From Bacteroidales bacterium UBA714 (GTDB lineage: Bacteria > Bacteroidota > Bacteroidia > Bacteroidales > UBA932), in assembly GCA_002298075.1 (NCBI GenBank), contig DBLW01000209.1:1-45153 (forward strand): a stretch of 45,153 nucleotides of DNA. Direction: 5' to 3'. Under the pieces are notes generated by a model. That model searched no databases. It was not told where the DNA came from and saw only the letters and a program-made list of their open reading frames with translations. Every line of letters begins with the position of its first letter. Within the stretch, counting starts at the first letter, position 1. A program made the position numbers and the translations under genes. Below are positions 39,413 to 45,153 of the stretch, one piece after another.

Positions 39413-42139
39413 TTATTTGCCGGCCTTGATGGCAGCCTGCGCCGCAGCGAGACGTGCGATAGGCACGCGGAACGGCGAACATGACACGTAGTTGAGCCCG
39501 ATCTTGTAGCAGAACTCTACTGATGCAGGATCTCCTCCGTGCTCACCGCAGATGCCGCATTTGAGGTTCTCCTTGACTGAACGGCCGTCCTTGACTGCAT
39601 GGTCAACGAGCCTTCCGACAGACTTGGTGTCAAGTGTCTTGAAAGGATCTGCGTCCAAAATCTTATTGCCGAGGTATTCTCCCATGAAGGTTCCGACATC
39701 ATCGCGTGAGAATCCGAATGTCATCTGAGTCAAGTCGTTAGTACCGAATGAGAAGAACTCCGCTGTCCTTGCCATCCTGTCGGCAGTGAGGGCGGCGCGA
39801 GGAATCTCTATCATTGTACCGAACTTGTATTCGATGGTAGTGTTCTTTGCAGCCTCAACCTCAGCGCGTACTTTCTCGCAGATTGCCTTCTGGAAACGCA
39901 GCTCCCTTTCTGAGATTGTAACAGGAATCATGATTTCCGGCATAGGGTTCAGACCCTCGGCCTTCAGTTCTGCTGTAGCTGTGAAGATAGCCCTGAACTG
40001 AGTCTCTGAAATCATAGGATAAGTGATGTGGAGACGTACTCCGCGGTGACCCATCATAGGGTTGACCTCGTGGAGCGACTCGCCCCTCTTCTCAATTTCT
40101 CCCTCTGTGATTCCCAGCTCGTTTGCAAGCTCCTCCCTCTTGTCCTGTGACTGAGGCACGAACTCGTGGAGAGGCGGGTCGAGCAGACGGAATGTGACAG
40201 GCTTGCCGTCCATAACCTTCATTGTGCCTTTTACGGCAGCCTTGATGTATGGTTCAAGCTCGGCAAGGGCAGCCTTTCTTTCCTCATCTGTCTTTGAGAG
40301 AATCATTTTGCGGAGTTTGGCGAGAGGGGTCTCTGAGTTCTGTCCGTAGAACATGTGCTCGATACGGAACAGTCCGATACCCTCTGCACCGAAGCCGATG
40401 GCGCGTGCTGCATCCTCAGGCGTATCAGCATTGGTGCGTACTCCCAAAGTGCGGAACTTGTCAACGATTTCCATGAACTTCACGAAACGAGGGTTGCCTG
40501 AAGCATCCATCGTGTCGATTTTCACGTCATAGACATATCCCTTTGCTCCGTTGAGTGAAAGGACGTCTCCCTCGTGGTATTCCTTGTCGCTTCCCTTGAA
40601 CTTGATTACTTTGTTTTCCAGGTCAATGTGCATGGCCTCGCAGCCTACGATGCAGCATTTGCCCCATCCGCGTGCGACGAGTGCCGCGTGAGAGGTCATT
40701 CCGCCCCTCTGGGTGAGGATACCGGCACATGCACGCATTCCCTCAACGTCCTCAGGTGAAGTCTCTTCACGGACTAGGATTGTCTTGATACCTTTTTCAT
40801 TTGCCTCCATTGCAGCCTCGGAAGTGAATGCAATCACGCCGACAGCTCCGCCCGGAGATGCAGGAAGGCCGTTTGCCACAACAGAAGCCTTCTTCTCGGA
40901 AGCCGGGTCGAGGATCGGGTGGAGAATCTCGTCAAGCTGTGCCGGGGAAACGCGCATTACAGCTGTCTTCTCGTCAATCATGCCCTCCTGGAGCATGTCC
41001 ATTGCCATGTTGAGGGCGGCGATACCTGTCCTTTTTCCTACGCGGCACTGGAGCATCCATAGCTTGCCGTCCTGGATTGTGAACTCGATGTCCTGCATGT
41101 CGCGGAAGTGCTCCTCAAGATGGAGGCGGATGCCGTCAAGTTCGGCATATACTTCAGGCATTGCAGTCTCAAGAGACTCGAGGTGCTGGTTGTGAGGGTT
41201 CTTTGTGGCCTCGTTGAGCGGGTTAGGGGTACGGATACCTGCAACAACGTCCTCTCCCTGTGCGTTTATGAGCCACTCTCCGTAGAATTTGTTGTCACCA
41301 TTGGCAGGGTTGCGTGAGAATGCCACACCTGTAGCGGAAGTGGCGCCCATGTTTCCGAACACCATTGACTGCACGTTCACGGCAGTGCCCCATTCATCAG
41401 GAATGCCCTCGATTTTGCGGTAAGCGATAGCCCTCTTTCCGTTCCATGACTTGAAGACTCCTCCGATGGAACCCCAGAGCTGAGCCTCTGCGGAATCCGG
41501 GAAGTCAACTCCGAGAACTTCCTTTACCCTGTCCTTGAACCTTACGCAGAGTTCCTTGAGCTCGTCAGCGGTGATGTCTGTGTCTGAAGCATATCCCTTG
41601 GATACCTTGAGCTCCTCCATCATCCTGTCAAGCTGCTGGCGGATACCCTGTCCGTCCGCAGGCTCGATGCCCTCTGCCTTCTCCATCACGACGTCAGAAT
41701 ACATCATGATGAGACGGCGGTATGCGTCGTACACGAAACGCGGATTATTGGTTTTGGCTATCATGCCCGGAATAGTCTCAGAGCAGAGACCGATGTTGAG
41801 GATGGTGTCCATCATGCCAGGCATTGAGCTTCTTGCTCCTGAACGGCAGCTCACCAAGAGAGGATTCTCCTTGTCTCCGAACTTCATTCCCATGATTTCC
41901 TCGGTCTTTTTCAGAGCCTCGGCAACCTCAGCCTTGAGAGCGTCATTGTAGCCTCCGCCGAGTTCATAGTACTCTGTACAGCACTCTGTCGTGATTGTGA
42001 AACCTGCCGGAACAGGAATGTTGAGCTTGCACATCTCGGCGAGGTTCGCACCTTTTCCTCCGAGAAGCTCGCGCATTGAGCCATCACCCTCGGCAGTCTT
42101 GCCGCCGAAGCAATAAACCCGTTTCTTGTTATCTTCCAT
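39413..42139 (-). CDS. ppdK: Pyruvate, phosphate dikinase
   Basis: GGKGANL, RSGA..SMPGMMDT, phospho-His GGMTSHAA, GIGLFR, SFGTNDLTQ, GICGEHGG. Confidence 0.97.
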   Translation of the reverse strand: MEDNKKRVYCFGGKTAEGDGSMRELLGGKGANLAEMCKLNIPVPAGFTITTECCTEYYELGGGYNDALKAEVAEALKKTEEIMGMKFGDKENPLLVSCRSGARSSMPGMMDTILNIGLCSETIPGMIAKTNNPRFVYDAYRRLIMMYSDVVMEKAEGIEPADGQGIRQQLDRMMEELKVSKGYASDTDITADELKELCVRFKDRVKEVLGVDFPDSAEAQLWGSIGGVFKSWNGKRAIAYRKIEGIPDEWGTAVNVQSMVFGNMGATSATGVAFSRNPANGDNKFYGEWLINAQGEDVVAGIRTPNPLNEATKNPHNQHLESLETAMPEVYAELDGIRLHLEEHFRDMQDIEFTIQDGKLWMLQCRVGKRTGIAALNMAMDMLQEGMIDEKTAVMRVSPAQLDEILHPILDPASEKKASVVANGLPASPGGAVGVIAFTSEAAMEANEKGIKTILVREETSPEDVEGMRACAGILTQRGGMTSHAALVARGWGKCCIVGCEAMHIDLENKVIKFKGSDKEYHEGDVLSLNGAKGYVYDVKIDTMDASGNPRFVKFMEIVDKFRTLGVRTNADTPEDAARAIGFGAEGIGLFRIEHMFYGQNSETPLAKLRKMILSKTDEERKAALAELEPYIKAAVKGTMKVMDGKPVTFRLLDPPLHEFVPQSQDKREELANELGITEGEIEKRGESLHEVNPMMGHRGVRLHITYPMISETQFRAIFTATAELKAEGLNPMPEIMIPVTISERELRFQKAICEKVRAEVEAAKNTTIEYKFGTMIEIPRAALTADRMARTAEFFSFGTNDLTQMTFGFSRDDVGTFMGEYLGNKILDADPFKTLDTKSVGRLVDHAVKDGRSVKENLKCGICGEHGGDPASVEFCYKIGLNYVSCSPFRVPIARLAAAQAAIKAGK

Positions 42140-42295
42140 AAGCTTTATATGTTTGTTTTATAGTGAATAGATTCTTCTTTGGCCGCGGGCGGAGTGCCTA
42201 TGCCGCGCGGAATGGTGAAATCCGCCGCGAATTTAATGATTTTTCTTCAGATAACGATGGATTGTCTTCACATTTTCAGCTGATTCAGTGGGCGT

Positions 42296-43507
42296 TCAGT
42301 CCTCTCCCTCGCTAGCCTGTCCGAGCAGCGCCGCCAAAATGTCCGCGACCCCAGGTCTTGCCGCATGTCCGAGTGTCACTTGTCCGCATGAGGAACTTGG
42401 TCTGCCGACAGGATAATATGCGACATCCTGCAGCAGAAGCTGCGAATCGAAATAGTCGTAATTCGTGTCAGAGACCTGTACGAGGACTCCCGGCACTTCT
42501 CCGAAGAGCACTTTTGCCCGGCTGCTCTCTCCATATGATGACATGAGCCCGCTGATGTCAAGGCTCAGACCCGCCTGTCCTTTGACCATCCTGTCCGCCG
42601 CTGTCATGAGTCCTCCGTCGCTGACCGTCGTTCCGGCCATTATTATGCCGTCCTCGGTTAGCTCACGCACGACCTCATAGCAGTCTATGAAATAGTCCGG
42701 GTCCTGTATGTTGGTTGAAGTTCCTCCTGCATGGCCGAGCGCTTCGGAAAGCATAGAGCCTCCGAGCCGATAGCCGCACGTGTCGAAAGGTATATAAATC
42801 AGGATGCTCTCCATGTCAGGGACAATCGTCTCCCCGCATTTCCTGGCTGGGCCGGTCCATGGATGGCGGCTCTCGTAAGGAAGCCTGAACGGTATCTCAT
42901 GCTCCGTAAATCCATCTGCGGAAAAAGCCTGCCCGGAATCATCTTCCGTATCGTCGGTTTCCTGGGTCTTTTCGGGAAGCCATGCCTCGGCCTTGAAAAA
43001 GTTGCCTTCCGCAATCTGCCTGAAATCATATCCGGAAAGCCTCACCCCGAGGTCGTACATATATCCACTTGCTTCTTTTGCTGATTCATAGAAAGCCGCC
43101 ATGCTTCCCACCGGTGCGGTATCCCATGTCCATTCCGTCCTTATCCTCAGGTTCCCGAGCCTGAAATGTCCCTCGCGCCATATCATGTCAATCAGCGCGG
43201 ACGCAATCCTGAGTCTTGTGAACTGTCCAGGATAGGGCAGGGGGAATCTCCTGGTCTGCGGATTTGCAGCCTTGAGCATATCCAGATAACCGGCCGCATC
43301 GCTGCTGTCATATGCGAATGCGGTGAGCGGAGGTTCAGTGGTCTCGTCAATGATGTCCACGTATTGCTCTCCCGGGCATATGCCGCTATGGCGGATGTTT
43401 CCGTCCGGGCTTCCGGCGCATTCTTCAAGCAGCTCCGCAGGAGTGGCGTCCTGCCGTACCCCGTCGATGATGTAGTGTGAAAAGAAGGCTGATACCTGTT
43501 CTGTCAT
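42296..43507 (-). CDS. Stand-alone degenerate PurL-like protein (second PurM-like / AIRS_C half only)
   Basis: RLGGS, QDPDYF..YEVVRELTEDGIIMAGTTVSDGGL and LFGEVPGVLVQV resemble the C-terminal synthetase half of large PurL; no glutaminase domain. Confidence 0.7.
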   Translation of the reverse strand: MTEQVSAFFSHYIIDGVRQDATPAELLEECAGSPDGNIRHSGICPGEQYVDIIDETTEPPLTAFAYDSSDAAGYLDMLKAANPQTRRFPLPYPGQFTRLRIASALIDMIWREGHFRLGNLRIRTEWTWDTAPVGSMAAFYESAKEASGYMYDLGVRLSGYDFRQIAEGNFFKAEAWLPEKTQETDDTEDDSGQAFSADGFTEHEIPFRLPYESRHPWTGPARKCGETIVPDMESILIYIPFDTCGYRLGGSMLSEALGHAGGTSTNIQDPDYFIDCYEVVRELTEDGIIMAGTTVSDGGLMTAADRMVKGQAGLSLDISGLMSSYGESSRAKVLFGEVPGVLVQVSDTNYDYFDSQLLLQDVAYYPVGRPSSSCGQVTLGHAARPGVADILAALLGQASEGED

Positions 43508-43639
43508 AAATTTTCATGTTGCAGAGGCTGTCCCGTTCCTTGGCGGCGGTCCGGTATTGCCGGGTGCAATTTGTCGTTAAATAAATTTCCGAATCGTAAA
43601 AATAAGTATTTTTGTAGAATGAACAAACAAAATCTGAAT

Positions 43640-45031
43640 ATGGACAATATTTTCTCTGAAGAAAGATACGAAGAAATGATAAGTAAGCTGTTCTTGAGGT
43701 TCCCTTCGTTTCAGAAAGACGGCGCTACGGCCTACAAGCCCGGAATTGCGAATATGGAATTTTTCGGCCAGCTTGCCGGCCATCCGCACAGGAACTATGA
43801 TATAATCCATGTCGCGGGGACCAACGGCAAGGGGTCTGTATCGAATATGCTCGCTTCCGTTCTTTCCGCCTCAGGACTCAAGGTCGGGCTTTACACGTCT
43901 CCTCACATATCCGATTTCAGGGAGAGGATGCGAATAAAGGACGGAAATGCTCCTGTCCGGCTTATATCGCGTGAAGAAGTATGGGATTTTGTCATGAAAT
44001 GGAGCGACACCTTTGACCATCTGGATTTGTCTTTCTTTGAAATCACTACAATGATGGCCCTGTGCTGGTTCGCAGACTGCGGGGTTGATGCTGTAGTGCT
44101 CGAGACCGGACTCGGAGGACGCCTTGACAGCACGAATATAGTTGTCCCGGCGCTGAGCGTGATTACCAATATCGGGCTGGACCATTGCGGCATGCTCGGA
44201 AATACGCTTGCCGAAATCGCTTTTGAAAAAGCCGGCATAATCAAGCCGGGAGTGCCTGTGACGGTGGGGGAAAGCAATCCGGAAACAGACCCTGTGTTTG
44301 AACGCAAGGTGCTGTATTCCAATCTGAATGATCCCGGGTTTATGGGAAACAGGAACAGGATAATGTCCTTGCTTGCTTTTGCGGACAAGACTGAGCCTCG
44401 CCTGTGGGAGCGCAGTGCGGAGATTCTTGCTTCAATGGATCTTCAGGGAGAGTATCAGAGCCGGAATCTGAGGACTGTCCTTGCCGCTGCCGATGCTTTC
44501 ACGAAATGGCAGCGTCCGGATGACGGGGTGATTGCGGATGCCATTGCGCATACTGCCGAAAGGATGGATTTTCACGGCAGGTGGGAAAAACTGTGTGACG
44601 AGCCGTATATGATTTGTGACATAGGGCACAATGCGCATGGGCTGAAGCATAATTTTTCACAGCTTGTCTCGATGCGGGAAGCGGGGGAAGTTACGGACAT
44701 CATAATGGTCTATGGTTCAGTCGCTGACAAAGATGCTGGCTCTGTGCTGCGCATGATGCCGGAAAACATGGAGATAATATTCACTCAGGCATCCGGCAGG
44801 CGTGCTCTTCCGGCCGGGGAACTGCTCGGCATGTATGAGAGGTGCTGCCATGAGGCCGGGCGTGCAGTCGGCAAAGTCCATTGCTGCGGCACAGTCATTG
44901 AAGCAATGGAACTTGCACATGGTCTGGCGGCCTCGATGAAGGTTGCCTCTCCGTGCTCGCGTCCGTTAATATATATAGGCGGCAGCACTTACGTCGTTTC
45001 CGAGGCTGTTGCGGTAAATTCTAAATTTTGA
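43640..45031 (+). CDS. folC: Folylpolyglutamate synthase / dihydrofolate synthase
   Basis: HVAGTNGKGS, YTSPH..FRER, LETGLGGRLDSTN, IAFEKAGIIK, D.GHN, GGSTYVV. Start is 43640 or 43619; TATTTTTG promoter at 43607-43614. Confidence 0.93.
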   Translation: MDNIFSEERYEEMISKLFLRFPSFQKDGATAYKPGIANMEFFGQLAGHPHRNYDIIHVAGTNGKGSVSNMLASVLSASGLKVGLYTSPHISDFRERMRIKDGNAPVRLISREEVWDFVMKWSDTFDHLDLSFFEITTMMALCWFADCGVDAVVLETGLGGRLDSTNIVVPALSVITNIGLDHCGMLGNTLAEIAFEKAGIIKPGVPVTVGESNPETDPVFERKVLYSNLNDPGFMGNRNRIMSLLAFADKTEPRLWERSAEILASMDLQGEYQSRNLRTVLAAADAFTKWQRPDDGVIADAIAHTAERMDFHGRWEKLCDEPYMICDIGHNAHGLKHNFSQLVSMREAGEVTDIIMVYGSVADKDAGSVLRMMPENMEIIFTQASGRRALPAGELLGMYERCCHEAGRAVGKVHCCGTVIEAMELAHGLAASMKVASPCSRPLIYIGGSTYVVSEAVAVNSKF

Positions 45032-45035
45032 GAAT

Positions 45036-45153
45036 ATGAGAAAAATCCTGCATGTTATTCCGTTAGTGTCAGCTGTGTTCGCGCTGACATCATTTTTGTC
45101 CGTCAGGCGTGAGCCGGCTCTGGATTCCGACGGTCATGTCCTGACACCACTTT
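45036..45153 (+). CDS. 5' fragment of a probable exported protein (runs off the right edge)
   Basis: ATG 4 nt after the folC stop; MRKILHVIPLVSAVFALTSFLSVRREPALDSDGHVLTPL is open to the edge and looks like a signal peptide. Confidence 0.6.
   Translation, partial: MRKILHVIPLVSAVFALTSFLSVRREPALDSDGHVLTPL

Overview
Chromosomal window from a Bacteroidota (Bacteroidales-like) genome, judged from TAnnTTTG promoters, a SusC/SusD pair, a FeoA-FeoB fusion and the lack of Shine-Dalgarno motifs. Most of it is housekeeping: feoB, lipocalin, aldose epimerase, Na/Pi cotransporter, eno, a CocE/NonD hydrolase, yhhQ-queC-queF, glmM, rpmE2, rplS, grpE-dnaJ, a GH3, ugd, manC, pckA, recQ, a ProX-like protein, ppdK, folC and three tRNAs. 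The best candidate for an undescribed system is a SusC/SusD locus with no glycoside hydrolase inside the operon (17461-29071), apparently built around phosphoesters. It comprises a GlpT-like permease, a calcineurin-like phosphoesterase lipoprotein, SusC, SusD and a BACON/duplicated-domain lipoprotein, followed by a HAD-IIA phosphatase and a GH3; its core is AT-richer than the flanks. Other notable items are a preQ1-I-like riboswitch with a 43-nt hairpin inserted in L3, an ~88-bp palindromic element found twice 3' of tRNA genes, two apparent pseudoenzymes (a NamZ/DUF1343 homolog coupled to glmM and a stand-alone half-PurL) and a 51-aa ORF missing from the ORF track. No CRISPR array, integrase or transposase was seen. 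All calls are by eye; no database searches were run.
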